From an uncultured Methanosarcinaceae archaeon (GTDB taxonomy: Archaea > Halobacteriota > Methanosarcinia > Methanosarcinales > Methanosarcinaceae), in NCBI GenBank assembly GCA_963721455.1, contig CAVRJG010000035.1, positions 1 through 17,539 on the forward strand: a DNA stretch of 17,539 nt, read 5' to 3'. The translations under genes were made by a program, and so were the position numbers. Under the pieces are notes generated by a model. The model searched no databases. It saw only the letters and a list, made by a program, of their open reading frames with translations, and was not told where the DNA came from. Of this stretch, positions 1 through 8,754 are shown one piece after another. Each line of letters begins with the position of its first letter. Within the stretch, counting starts at the first letter, position 1.

Positions 1-202
1 AATACCTACGTACCTTCTTTTCTATTTCAGGAGAATATTCATGTACCCATCTCATGATTGTTGTATGATCGACTTTTATTCCTCTTTCTGCCATTATTTC
101 CTCTAAATTTTTATAATTCAATGCATATTTTAAGTACCATCTAACGTTTAATAAGATGATTTCTCCTGCAAAGTGTTTCCATTTAAAGGAATTTACTGGC
201 AT
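1..202 (-). CDS. IS6-family transposase, N-terminal 67 aa (partial, window edge)
   Basis: Hand translation from ATG at 202 gives MPVNSFKWKHFAGEIILLNVRWYLKYALNYKNLEEIMAERGIKVDHTTIMRWVHEYSPEIEKKVRRY, the typical IS6/IS26/IS240 N-terminus. Not in the ORF track. Confidence 0.93.
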   Translation of the reverse strand, partial: MPVNSFKWKHFAGEIILLNVRWYLKYALNYKNLEEIMAERGIKVDHTTIMRWVHEYSPEIEKKVRRY

Positions 203-267
203 AACATATACTCCTACATTTCTATTATTTCAGTAAATCCCTATCATAATTTTTTTGCAACGGAACC
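1..267 (-). mobile_element. IS6-family insertion sequence, left end (runs off the window)
   Basis: Terminal IR GGTTCCGTTGCAAAAAA (minus strand, tip at 267) is followed by an AGGAG RBS (211-215) and an IS6 transposase N-terminus. Confidence 0.92.
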
Positions 268-516
268 CTCAGATTTATTGTTTTTCCTCTTTTCCGGAAT
301 AGGATAATTTAGAGTCATTTTCTCCGTGTAAGTACAACTTCCAGACCAAATCCCATAGAATTTATATAGCTAACGATCAAAAGAAACAGACTTATTGGAT
401 TTATTCGATCAAAAGAATATTTGATATACATAATCAGAGACAAGTTTACAAGAATGTCAAATATTATCATTTACAAAGAAACGGATAAAACTTTCCTTCC
501 ATAGATAATAAATATA

Positions 517-604
517 GAGAATTTCGATGAACCTCTTATTTTAACACATTGCCTATAACCCATTATAAGCAACTATCCAATGATTGGAGTTTTTCGAAAT
601 CATT
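517..604 (+). repeat. ~88-bp MITE-like repeat (family C), copy 1
   Basis: Imperfect TIRs GAGAATTTCGATGAACC...GGAGTTTTTCGAAATC; collinear with 3470-3556, sharing an internal CATTATAA. Confidence 0.65.
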
Positions 605-615
605 TATATTTAATA

Positions 616-722
616 GGATTTACGCGTTTGAGGAATTAAATCAAGTGCAAGCAGATTGCCATTAATGTCATGATGACAGTTTGAAGTTTCCACTATTAAT
701 TTTCAAATAATCGCGTAAATTA
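616..722 (+). repeat. ~110-bp MITE-like repeat (family D), copy 1
   Basis: TIRs GGATTTACGCG...CGCGTAAAT; aligns with the reverse complement of 7546-7660. Confidence 0.65.
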
Positions 723-874
723 AATTTTATTATTTAAGTACCAGAATAACCCGAGTTGAGATAACTATATTCCTCTGCATTTATTTTTAGGAGTTTTTTG
801 GCAATCCATCCCATTTCCGGGCGAAGAACTCAAAATTCGAAAGTGCGATGAGGATATGAGCTATTACGGCAGGT

Positions 875-3433
875 ATGAAAAAAATGGAAACAACATTCGA
901 TCCAGAACATATAACTGGACTTTCAGAAGACGAGGCCACTAGAATACTTCAGATGGAAGGCTATAACGAGCTGCCTTCCCAAAAGAAACAGAGCCTTTTT
1001 TCCATCTTACTGAATGTTCTTAAAGAACCTATGTTGCTTCTTCTTTTAGGTGCAGGTCTGATTTATCTGTTCCTAGGGGAAGTAAAAGATGCGCTGATAT
1101 TATTGGTGTTCGTTTTTGTGGTCGTCGGTATAACATTTAACCAGGAGAGAAAAACCGAAAGGGCATTAGAGGCTTTGAGAGATCTCTCAAGCCCAAGGGC
1201 TCTTGTAATAAGAGACGGAGAACAGAAGAGAATTCCAGGGCGGGAAGTCGTTAAAGGCGACATATTGATTTTAAGAGAGGGAGACCGTATCCCGGCAGAT
1301 GGAGTTGTGCTTTCCTGTACTAATCTTCTGGTAGACGAATCTCTGCTCACAGGCGAATCCCTTTCAGTCAGAAAATCCGAATATGGTGGCTTAAGCCAGT
1401 CTATGTTGCCCAGGCAACCTGGAGGAGATGATCTTCCATTTGTGTATTCCGGGACACTGGTAGTTCAGGGCCATGGAGTATCCCAAGTAAGTTCAACAGG
1501 AATACACACTGAAATGGGCAAAATCGGAAAAGCTCTGGGAACTATTACAGAGGAAGACTCTCTGCTAAAGAAAGAGACCGCCCTAATTGTAAAGAATTTT
1601 GCTATTTTCGGAGGAATACTCTGTGTCCTTGTAGTTGTAATCTACGGACTAACCAGAGGAGATTGGCTGCACGGCGTGCTGGCAGGACTGAGTTTGAGCA
1701 TGGCCCTTCTCCCTGAAGAGTTTTCAGTGGTTTTGCTTATATTCCTGAGTATGGGTGCCTGGCGCCTGTCCAAAAGGAATGTTCTGGTACGGCGCATGCC
1801 CGCTATTGAGACACTTGGCTCTTCGACAGTGCTCTGCGTGGATAAAACAGGGACTTTGACACAGAACAGGATGAACTTAAGTTCCCTGTATGCAGGAAAT
1901 GAGAATTGTGAGATTGATAAAGATAAGTGCCTGTCTGAGAAGTTCCACGAACTACTCGAATTCGGCTACCTGGCAAGTCTGCAAGACCCCTTTGATCCGC
2001 TGGAGAAAGAGATCAAAAAAAGCACTGAAAAATTCCTTCCAGACCATGAGGACATACATCGTGAATGGAAACTTGTCCGGGAGTATCCTCTTTCTAAAAA
2101 TTTACTTGCACTCTCAAACGTGTGGGAATCTAACGACCACCGGAAACACGTTATCGCTGCAAAAGGCGCTCCGGAAGCTATTATCGATTTATGCCATCTC
2201 AATGAAGCAGAGAAAGATAAATTGCTGTCCCATGTCCAGGAGATGGCAAACAGAGGTCTGAGGCTTCTTGGTGTGGCTAAAGCCAGTTTTCAGGATGACT
2301 CTTTGCCTGAAAAACAGCATGAGTTCGAATTTGAATTTATAGGATTGCTTGGCTTTGTCGACCCTGTCCGGCCATCGGTTGCCCAATCGGTAAAGGAATG
2401 CTATACAGCCGGATTAAGAGTAATTATGATTACGGGGGATTATCCCGGTACAGCCCAGCATATCGCAAGACAGATCGGTTTAAAAGATCTGGATAAGTAC
2501 ATTACAGGCCCTGAGCTTGCTAAAATGAGTGAGAGTGAGCTTGCAGAGAAGATAAAAACAACAAATATTTTCGCCCGGGTTGTGCCTGAACAGAAACTAC
2601 TAATTGTAAATGCCTTAAAATTAAACGGTGAAGTTGTCGCAATGACAGGAGATGGGGTAAATGATGCTCCCGCCTTGAAATCAGCTCACATCGGGATTGC
2701 AATGGGGGAAAGAGGTACGGACGTGGCCCGCGAGTCTGCATCAATTGTCCTTCTAAACGATGATTTCTTTTCCATAGTTGCAGCTGTAAGGCTTGGGAGG
2801 CGGATTTTCGATAACCTCAAGAAAGCAATCAGTTACATATTTTCGGTCCACATGCCTATTGCAGGGCTTGCCCTGTTTCCCATATTGTTTGATTTGCCTC
2901 TGGTCCTTTTGCCTGCACACATAGCTTTCCTCGAGCTGATTATTGACCCTGCCTGTTCAACAGTCTTTGAGGCTGAACCTGAAGAGAAAAACATAATGAA
3001 CAGGCCGCCTCGAAATTTGCAGGAAAGAATGTTCGGAAGAAAAAACCTGGCTCTGAGCTTAGTGCAGGGAATAAGCATGCTTGCAGGAGTAATTGCTATT
3101 CTCGTGTATGCATTACACATGGGAAAGGGTGAAGACGAAGTACGCACACTTACTTTCGCCACTCTGGTAATTTCCAACCTTACTTTAATTGTGGCAAATC
3201 TTTCCTGGTCACAGAGCATGATAAAAACCCTGAAGTCAGAAAACAAAGCATTGAGATACGTGCTTTTAGGAACTCTTTCAGGCCTTCTTCTGGTTCTGTA
3301 TGTGCCGGCTTTGAGAAGTCTATTCCGCTTCTCACTGCTGCATGGTGACGACTTGTTGATCGTATTTGTTGTGGGAATTTTAAGTATTGCGTGGCTTAGA
3401 TTACTTAAAAGCAAAATAAACAATCATATCTAA
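875..3433 (+). CDS. Cation-translocating P-type ATPase (type II, Ca2+-ATPase-like)
   Basis: 852 aa with TGES, the DKTGTLT phosphorylation motif, KGAPE, TGD, GDGVNDAP and multiple TM helices. The M4 motif reads PEEF. The true start may be ATG 884. Confidence 0.95.
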   Translation: MKKMETTFDPEHITGLSEDEATRILQMEGYNELPSQKKQSLFSILLNVLKEPMLLLLLGAGLIYLFLGEVKDALILLVFVFVVVGITFNQERKTERALEALRDLSSPRALVIRDGEQKRIPGREVVKGDILILREGDRIPADGVVLSCTNLLVDESLLTGESLSVRKSEYGGLSQSMLPRQPGGDDLPFVYSGTLVVQGHGVSQVSSTGIHTEMGKIGKALGTITEEDSLLKKETALIVKNFAIFGGILCVLVVVIYGLTRGDWLHGVLAGLSLSMALLPEEFSVVLLIFLSMGAWRLSKRNVLVRRMPAIETLGSSTVLCVDKTGTLTQNRMNLSSLYAGNENCEIDKDKCLSEKFHELLEFGYLASLQDPFDPLEKEIKKSTEKFLPDHEDIHREWKLVREYPLSKNLLALSNVWESNDHRKHVIAAKGAPEAIIDLCHLNEAEKDKLLSHVQEMANRGLRLLGVAKASFQDDSLPEKQHEFEFEFIGLLGFVDPVRPSVAQSVKECYTAGLRVIMITGDYPGTAQHIARQIGLKDLDKYITGPELAKMSESELAEKIKTTNIFARVVPEQKLLIVNALKLNGEVVAMTGDGVNDAPALKSAHIGIAMGERGTDVARESASIVLLNDDFFSIVAAVRLGRRIFDNLKKAISYIFSVHMPIAGLALFPILFDLPLVLLPAHIAFLELIIDPACSTVFEAEPEEKNIMNRPPRNLQERMFGRKNLALSLVQGISMLAGVIAILVYALHMGKGEDEVRTLTFATLVISNLTLIVANLSWSQSMIKTLKSENKALRYVLLGTLSGLLLVLYVPALRSLFRFSLLHGDDLLIVFVVGILSIAWLRLLKSKINNHI

Positions 3434-3469
3434 AACAGCTAAGTTAACAATAAGGAGTATATTATTCAA

Positions 3470-3556
3470 GAGAATTTCGATAAACCCCTGAATTCAATAT
3501 TGTTTATGTATTCATTATAATCAATCGGCAAAATGTTGGGGTTTATTGAAATCCTC
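3470..3556 (+). repeat. 87-bp MITE-like repeat (family C), copy 2
   Basis: 19-bp TIRs GAGAATTTCGATAAACCCC / GGGGTTTATTGAAATCCTC (2 mismatches). Confidence 0.72.
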
Positions 3557-3592
3557 CCAAATATGAATTAAAAGAGCTACACACTGAATAAA

Positions 3593-3724
3593 TAAACTCT
3601 CCCAAAACCAATTTAATTATCAAGTTAGTGAAATATTGGAACCATTTTTACATACGATTCAAAACTCGATTGATTTTTCTGAAAAAGAGATTTAGAGGAG
3701 GATTTTGAGTTTTGAGATTACTCT
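3593..3724 (+). repeat. Degenerate copy of the 131-bp MITE (family E)
   Basis: TCCCAAAACC...AAACTCGATTG...GAGATTTA...ATTTTGAGTTTTGAGAT is collinear with 9841-9971. Confidence 0.6.
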
Positions 3725-3837
3725 CTCGATTCAAACCAATAGAGTAATCATATAGTAGTGGATGAGGAAAAACACTAGGCGAGACAATTTTGTTCAGCCA
3801 ATTATATAGGTAATATATATTTTAAAGAAGTGTTCAT

Positions 3838-4485
3838 ATGGAGAATATAAACTCTCTTATAAACTTTTTTTTGCATCTTGACATGCATTTAAGCGCAATA
3901 ATAAATGAATACGGTCTATTGACATATTTACTGTTGTTTGTCATTGTCTTTTGTGAGACCGGTCTGGTGATAACTCCTTTCTTACCGGGTGATTCTCTCA
4001 TCTTTGCAACTGGAGCTTTGGCAGCGCGCGGTTTGCTCAATTTATCAACTCTATTAATTATTCTGTGTATTGCAGCTATTGCAGGAGATACTGTCAATTA
4101 TCATATAGGTCATTTATTAAGAAACAAGATCGAAAATCATGACAATCTATGGTTTATTAAAAAGTGGCATCTTAATCGCACACAATCATTTTTTGAAAAA
4201 TATGGAGTAAAAACTATAATAATCGCCCGATTTGTTCCTATCGTCCGTACCTTTGCACCTTTCGTAGCAGGGGTAGGAACAATGCCTTATTCAACATTCA
4301 TTAGCTTCAATATCATTGGAGGAATTGTATGGGTAACGTCATTTCTTTTTGGAGGATACTTTTTCGGAAACTTGTCGGTTGTAAAGGATAACTTCAGCTT
4401 TGTAATAATTGGAATTATTTTTGTTTCAATACTTCCAAGTGTTATTACATATATTCAGAGCAAACGTGATCCAAAAAGTGCATGA
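3838..4485 (+). CDS. dedA: DedA family (SNARE-associated/VTT domain) membrane protein
   Basis: 215 aa with FCETGLVITPFLPGDSLIF, GDTVNY and ARFVPIVRTFAPFVAG signature motifs. Confidence 0.95.
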   Translation: MENINSLINFFLHLDMHLSAIINEYGLLTYLLLFVIVFCETGLVITPFLPGDSLIFATGALAARGLLNLSTLLIILCIAAIAGDTVNYHIGHLLRNKIENHDNLWFIKKWHLNRTQSFFEKYGVKTIIIARFVPIVRTFAPFVAGVGTMPYSTFISFNIIGGIVWVTSFLFGGYFFGNLSVVKDNFSFVIIGIIFVSILPSVITYIQSKRDPKSA

Positions 4486-4553
4486 TAAAGTTAGGCTGAG
4501 CGCATATCTCCAAATATTTGTCATCATTAAAAAGTTTTCAGGATTTATATATA

Positions 4554-4684
4554 GAGCCGGTCCCAAAACTCAAAATTTGCTTCTCTGAATCTCGTATTCT
4601 AATCAATCAATCATGTTTCCGGTCATGGAAAATAATTTTGAAACTCTTACTGATCGGGGACAAAATGGGTTTTGGGATAGGCTC
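4554..4684 (-). mobile_element. 131-bp MITE (family E) with 3-bp target duplication ATA
   Basis: TIRs GAGCCGGTCCCAAAAC / GTTTTGGGATAGGCTC, flanked by ATA on both sides (4551-4553, 4685-4687); inverted homolog of 9841-9971. Confidence 0.85.
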
Positions 4685-4722
4685 ATAGAGAACTTACAGG
4701 AGGACACCAGTCTGTAATAATG

Positions 4723-4913
4723 TTACTGGGTTCCTCCAGATAAGGCTTTCTGCCATGGGAAATCTGTTCTTAATGATTCGTTTTCAATCACCTGTTCTAC
4801 ATACCCCTTATCAACGTTAACGTCGGATGTGGAATTTGCATATAGATAGTTTCCACCGGCATTATTTGAAAGGCAGTTGTTTTCCAGAATGAAGGCATGG
4901 GTGTTGTTTAGCT
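4723..4913 (-). pseudogene. 3' remnant of a probable beta-helix/cell-surface protein gene, cut by an IS6 MITE
   Basis: NNTHAFILENNCLSNNAGGNYLYANSTSD resembles the Asn-rich parallel beta-helix C-termini of Methanosarcina surface proteins. The apparent start in the ORF track lies inside the MITE IR. Confidence 0.5.
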
Positions 4914-5021
4914 GGTTCCGTTGCAAAAATAATATTTCTGCAATTTGACACTATAATTTTCACCTTTATGTGCCATTTTCTTTCTAATGAAAATGATTAA
5001 CTTTCCTAATTGTGAAGGTTT
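4914..5021 (+). mobile_element. IS6-derived MITE subtype A, truncated (one end only)
   Basis: Begins GGTTCCGTTGCAAAAATAATATTTCTGC, is nearly identical to 13725 onward for ~108 bp, then diverges. Confidence 0.85.
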
Positions 5022-5039
5022 GTTGTCGAGTTGGTTTTT

Positions 5040-6047
5040 TCATTTTACAGGGACAATAATGTTTTTAAGGTCGGCCAACTCTTTTGTGTAACCTGCAAGC
5101 ATTAGATCGGTAAAGACCTGTATCATTTCTACATTTTGATTATTATTGCCTGATGTCAGGGCTGAAATATATGCTTCCCTAGATTCTTTTGGAATAATCA
5201 GTTGTGGATATCTTTCTTTTTTCAAAAGATAATTCAAAACTTCACGCCCAGTTCTTCCATTACCATCAGAAAAGGGATGGATCAATTCAAACTTGTAATG
5301 AAACAATATAGCCTGCTCGAAAGGATGCTTTTTATTTTTAATGGCATCATAATAGCTGTTAATTAGATCCTTCAAGTCTACCTCAATCATATTAGCAAGC
5401 GTAACGCTTAGATCACAACCACCTATATAGACAAGGTTGTGCCTTCTGAAAGTTCCCCGGCTCTCAAAACGCATGTCAATATTATTCATTATCAAAGAGT
5501 GCAATTTTCGAATAAACTGCAGATTTACTTTACCTTTGTACTTTTCCACATAAGCCTTTACATATTTGTAATTTTGAACCTCATTTATTTCTCTCAAAGA
5601 TTTTTCTTTTGGCACAATCTCTTCATTTAAGAGATAGTGTGTTTCCTGCAATGTCAATGTGTTTCCTTCTATTGCAGTAGTGCCATGGATATACAAATTT
5701 TCGTTTTGCTGTGTATAGACTTCAAGTTCTATTTTGTTGAGCGATGAAATGTATGAATTGTGTAGGAATCGAAGCTTCTCAATTTTCTTAATTTCTGATT
5801 GATTAAGATAATCTGCCGTGTAATAAGAATAAGCCATATCTGCTACTTTCTCGGCAGCTTTCAATTCAAGATCATAAGCATAGTCTCTAATGGCTTTTGC
5901 TAGGGCTTCAGAAGTAGGCTCAGTGGTGCCTAAATATTGTCTCACCCTGCTATTCTTTCCCTTAAATGAAATATAGCGTACCAGGAAATACTTAGGGGAT
6001 CTATTCTCGGACTTTTCTGATTCTAATTTATACCTTAAAGGTTCCAT
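5040..6047 (-). CDS. Fic family protein (AMP transferase) with N-terminal inhibitory motif (class II)
   Basis: Canonical HPFSDGNGRTGR motif and an upstream (S/T)xxxE(G/N) inhibitory motif TTAIEGN. Confidence 0.93.
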   Translation of the reverse strand: MEPLRYKLESEKSENRSPKYFLVRYISFKGKNSRVRQYLGTTEPTSEALAKAIRDYAYDLELKAAEKVADMAYSYYTADYLNQSEIKKIEKLRFLHNSYISSLNKIELEVYTQQNENLYIHGTTAIEGNTLTLQETHYLLNEEIVPKEKSLREINEVQNYKYVKAYVEKYKGKVNLQFIRKLHSLIMNNIDMRFESRGTFRRHNLVYIGGCDLSVTLANMIEVDLKDLINSYYDAIKNKKHPFEQAILFHYKFELIHPFSDGNGRTGREVLNYLLKKERYPQLIIPKESREAYISALTSGNNNQNVEMIQVFTDLMLAGYTKELADLKNIIVPVK

Positions 6048-6058
6048 GATGTTGAATA

Positions 6059-6104
6059 TGGGTGGCGTACAATTTTAGTCTTTTGGTATAAAACACGCCA
6101 CCCA
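6059..6104. promoter_or_regulatory. 10-bp perfect inverted repeat bracketing the putative Fic TATA box
   Basis: TGGGTGGCGT (6059-6068) - 26 bp - ACGCCACCCA (6095-6104); minus-strand TTTATA at 6087-6092. Confidence 0.5.
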
Positions 6105-6139
6105 AAACATAAGATGTAAGTTTTTGTTCTTTTCTGACA

Positions 6140-6246
6140 GCTACGTTTATTCATAAAACGTAGCCATTTCTTTGATTTTAAGCTAATTTTCTAGGCTAAT
6201 AACTAATATATAAGCTAAAAACAGCTACCTTTTAATATTTTGTAGC
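6140..6246 (+). other. Putative bipartite recombination/res-like site A
   Basis: GCTACGTTT-ATTCATA-AAACGTAGC (6140-6164) plus a 23-bp GCTAC...GTAGC (6224-6246) abutting the recombinase ATG; same geometry as 8868-8974. Confidence 0.6.
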
Positions 6247-6247
6247 T

Positions 6248-6827
6248 ATGATCTTCTTCATGGAAAATGGATTAGTTACTGCAGATGGAACCAAGGTCCT
6301 AACTGTAGAGGAATATAATAGGTTTATAAATGCCATTCCTGAATCAATGAAAGCTATTTTTGAGATTAACACAATAACAGGCCTTCGATACATCGAGCTT
6401 CAAAGACTCTATGAAAATCCTCAATGGTACTACAAAGAAAGAAATCAGATAATACTGCCTAAGGAAGCACAGAAAAAGGAAAAGCAAAAGCTCCCTAAAA
6501 GGACTATTGATAAATTGCCTTCAACTTTCTCTTACGTGTTTTCACATTTTATTGATGGTAAGAAACCACCTTATAGATTAAGTTGGAATAAGGATCTTGC
6601 CAGGTGGTCAGAGAAAGCAGAGATAAGCCCAAAAGTAGGAACAAAGACATCCAGGAAAACAATTGAAAGCTGGATGCTAAAAACAGGAGTTCCAGAGATT
6701 GAAATATATTCCAGACAAGGGACATGACCCCATAACATCTCTGAAGCATTACCAGAGCCTTTCCTTTACAGACTATGAGCTACGGGACATTAAGAAGAGA
6801 CTTACAGAATGGGGGATTTTAAAATGA
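6248..6827 (+). pseudogene. Small (~190 aa) catalytic-domain-only tyrosine recombinase with a +1 frameshift
   Basis: TGLRYIEL (Arg I) and KTSRKT (Arg II) are present. Removing one G from GGG at 6719-6721 gives RQGHDPITSLKHYQSLSFTDYELRDIKKRLTEWGILK* (His and catalytic Tyr), stop at 6825-6827. The paralog at 13020-13195 reads through this point in frame. Confidence 0.85.
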
Positions 6828-7093
6828 GTAGTCTTCTTCTTGCATACCAAGAAGTGTTGAACGGCGTTGAGCTCGAAAACCTGCCTTTGAAGGAATCCGC
6901 AAAAGATAAAATCAGGAAATTTCGACCATTCGAAGCGCTGACAGGTATGTTGTATTCAGACGTCGCACAAAACGCGGGCTTAAAAAAGACAACAGTTAGA
7001 GGGTTTTCAAAGGTGTACATGGCCCACAAAAACAATAAAACTATGGTTCGAAAGAATGGAGTATACATAATTGTGAGCAATGTGGAGGTTTAA
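6824..7093 (+). CDS. Hypothetical 89-aa basic protein, possible HTH DNA-binding protein, coupled to the recombinase
   Basis: ATG at 6824 overlaps the corrected recombinase stop (ATGA). YSDVAQNAGLKKTTVRGF is HTH-like. Confidence 0.6.
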   Translation: MSSLLLAYQEVLNGVELENLPLKESAKDKIRKFRPFEALTGMLYSDVAQNAGLKKTTVRGFSKVYMAHKNNKTMVRKNGVYIIVSNVEV

Positions 7094-7098
7094 TCCCA

Positions 7099-7398
7099 AT
7101 CGCAGAATCAAATTTAGTTTTAAGACACCCTCTAAGGTATTTTAGTTTTGGGATCAATATGCTGTGATTATTTTCCCCAAAAAGCGCAGAGTGGACAGGG
7201 CTTACAACGGGCAGTGAGGTTTCGTTTCTACTTAACGCAGATAACAAACTCAGGATGGTTCAAGGCGATGCGGATAATGGAAATGAATCTTCCAGTGTGA
7301 CACTGCCATCCAAACGACACAACAATTTCGGCGACATAGACCAAAACGACACTATGAAATCAACTGTCAATTTTTTTTCGCTTTCGTCTATAAGTTAA
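7099..7398 (+). pseudogene. Possible degraded AbrB/MazE-like small DNA-binding gene
   Basis: GGAGGT RBS (7084-7089) is followed by ATC instead of ATG. The frame reads AESNLVLRHPLRYFSFGINML*LFSPKSAEWTGLTTGSEVSFLLNADNKLRMV with one internal TGA (7165). The resemblance is by eye only. Confidence 0.3.
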
Positions 7399-7510
7399 TT
7401 ATATGGGGACGAACGGTTCGGTGTCGTCGTCGTTCTAGGGCATTTGCTTCACAAGCGACGCTGATTCATTAATAAATTGAGTGTCGTTTTAGGGGTTTTT
7501 CGTGTCGTTG
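7312..7510. repeat. Convergent array of ACGACAC motifs around an AT-rich core
   Basis: ACGACAC at 7314 and 7346, variant GCGACAT at 7331; reverse GTGTCGT at 7421, 7481 and 7502. Confidence 0.65.
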
Positions 7511-7545
7511 ATTAGCTTGAAATACGGTGTTATTTTACAATTATA

Positions 7546-7660
7546 AGATTTACGCAGTTGAAATGAAAAATCAATAGTGTTGAACCTTTATCTGTCCAAA
7601 ATGAAAATTTAAACCACAGTGTTTATCGTACTTAATTTTGTACCTCAATCGCATAAGTCC
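7546..7660 (-). mobile_element. 115-bp MITE-like repeat (family D), copy 2
   Basis: TIRs AGATTTACGC / GCATAAGTCC, flanked by TATA on both sides; inverted homolog of 616-722. Confidence 0.7.
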
Positions 7661-8010
7661 TATAAATATTATTTTTATTCACCTCAAAACAGTGAAGATC
7701 CATAAAATGAATTTAATTTAGGCTCAGTTAGATATAAACTAATTTTTCAGTTTACTTCCTGTCGGCTGATACCTTGGTACCATACTGTTTGACCAATAAT
7801 TACCCAGATTCATTTCTGATGTATTATTGGTTGATTCTGCTTCATTTATATGCCGATGAAAGCAACTTTAAATTAACATTGAAGGGAATTATATCCAGAA
7901 TATATAATATCTAAAGAAATATAAATCAGAAACCAATATTAATTAAAGACCGATGTTATATAGTCTACTTCTCCAGATATATTCTCTAATTGGGGTCTGG
8001 CAACAATTTG

Positions 8011-8255
8011 GGTTCTGGTGCAAAAAAAGGTTCCGTTGCAAAAAATCGGCTTTTTCACAAAATCAGTAAAACCCATCACAATTCGGAAAGTTAACCATTT
8101 TTATTCGGGAGAAAATGATACATAAAGGTGAAAATTATAGTGTCAAATTGCAGAAATATTTTTTTGCAACGAAACCTCAAATTGGGGTTAAAATAACATT
8201 TAAAGGAAATAATAATAGCCTCAAAGTACAAAAAAATTATTTTTGCAACGGAACC
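8011..8255 (+). mobile_element. Nested IS6-derived MITEs: 18-bp IR stub, complete subtype A (8029-8176) and right part of subtype B (8177-8255)
   Basis: Four IS6-type ends with tips at 8011, 8029, 8176 and 8255. 8029-8176 aligns with 12228-12377, and ~8190-8255 aligns with the end of 12872-13019. Confidence 0.85.
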
Positions 8256-8508
8256 ATATTTCATTATTAATCAGTCCTCGGTGGCCTTAAAAGTCCTACA
8301 GCTGTAATGATCCAGACAAATACATTGGTTTTACTGTAAAACCGATCCATTTTTCCAATTCAGCGACAACATGCCTACATTCTTGAATATGCGAAATCAT
8401 TTCAGGATACAACACTAAATAGAAAGGGGAAAATAATAGGCCAGAAAACGTTACATTTAGAATTTGATTGATCCAGCAAATTACATTTGAAATGGGGAGT
8501 TAATAGAG

Positions 8509-8754
8509 ATGTATACGTTAGAAGCTATGGAAATTGAAATACTTACTCATCTGTATGAATTGGGGATACTTAGTCTATATGGGGGTTGGGAAAGGCAATC
8601 AAATTTAGATAAAAATGCAGTTGAGAGATTATACCGTGCTAAACTTGTGGAAAAAAATATTTCATCACCTGGATTTATACGTTTGTCAGAACGTGGCGTT
8701 GGCACAGTGTTATTTGGGTTCTATAATGCAGAAAAAATTACAGAGCTATTATAA
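8509..8754 (+). CDS. Hypothetical 81-aa protein, winged-helix-like
   Basis: GGGGAG RBS upstream; AVERLYRAKLVEK...FIRLSERG resembles a wHTH recognition helix plus wing. Confidence 0.6.
   Translation: MYTLEAMEIEILTHLYELGILSLYGGWERQSNLDKNAVERLYRAKLVEKNISSPGFIRLSERGVGTVLFGFYNAEKITELL

Noticed and set aside
1-202. Idea that the left IS6 N-terminus and the 14857 fragment are halves of one inverted element
   Set aside because: The left copy is simply cut by the window edge, so there is no junction evidence.
374-417. 12-bp direct repeat CGATCAAAAGAA (374, 406)
   Set aside because: There are only two copies in AT-rich DNA and no associated structure.
1063-3423. Several short ORFs overlapping the ATPase (1063-1350, 1890-2261, 1966-2202, 2189-2386, 2520-2744, 2833-3423)
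   Set aside because: They are shadow frames of a long, well-supported gene and carry no motifs.
7312-7510. Possible CRISPR array
   Set aside because: The repeats are only 7-11 bp, irregularly spaced and in both orientations, and there are no cas genes.
7750-7870. Minus-strand NLGNYWSN motif reminiscent of NosD-type surface proteins
   Set aside because: It is too short and surrounded by stops to support a feature call.
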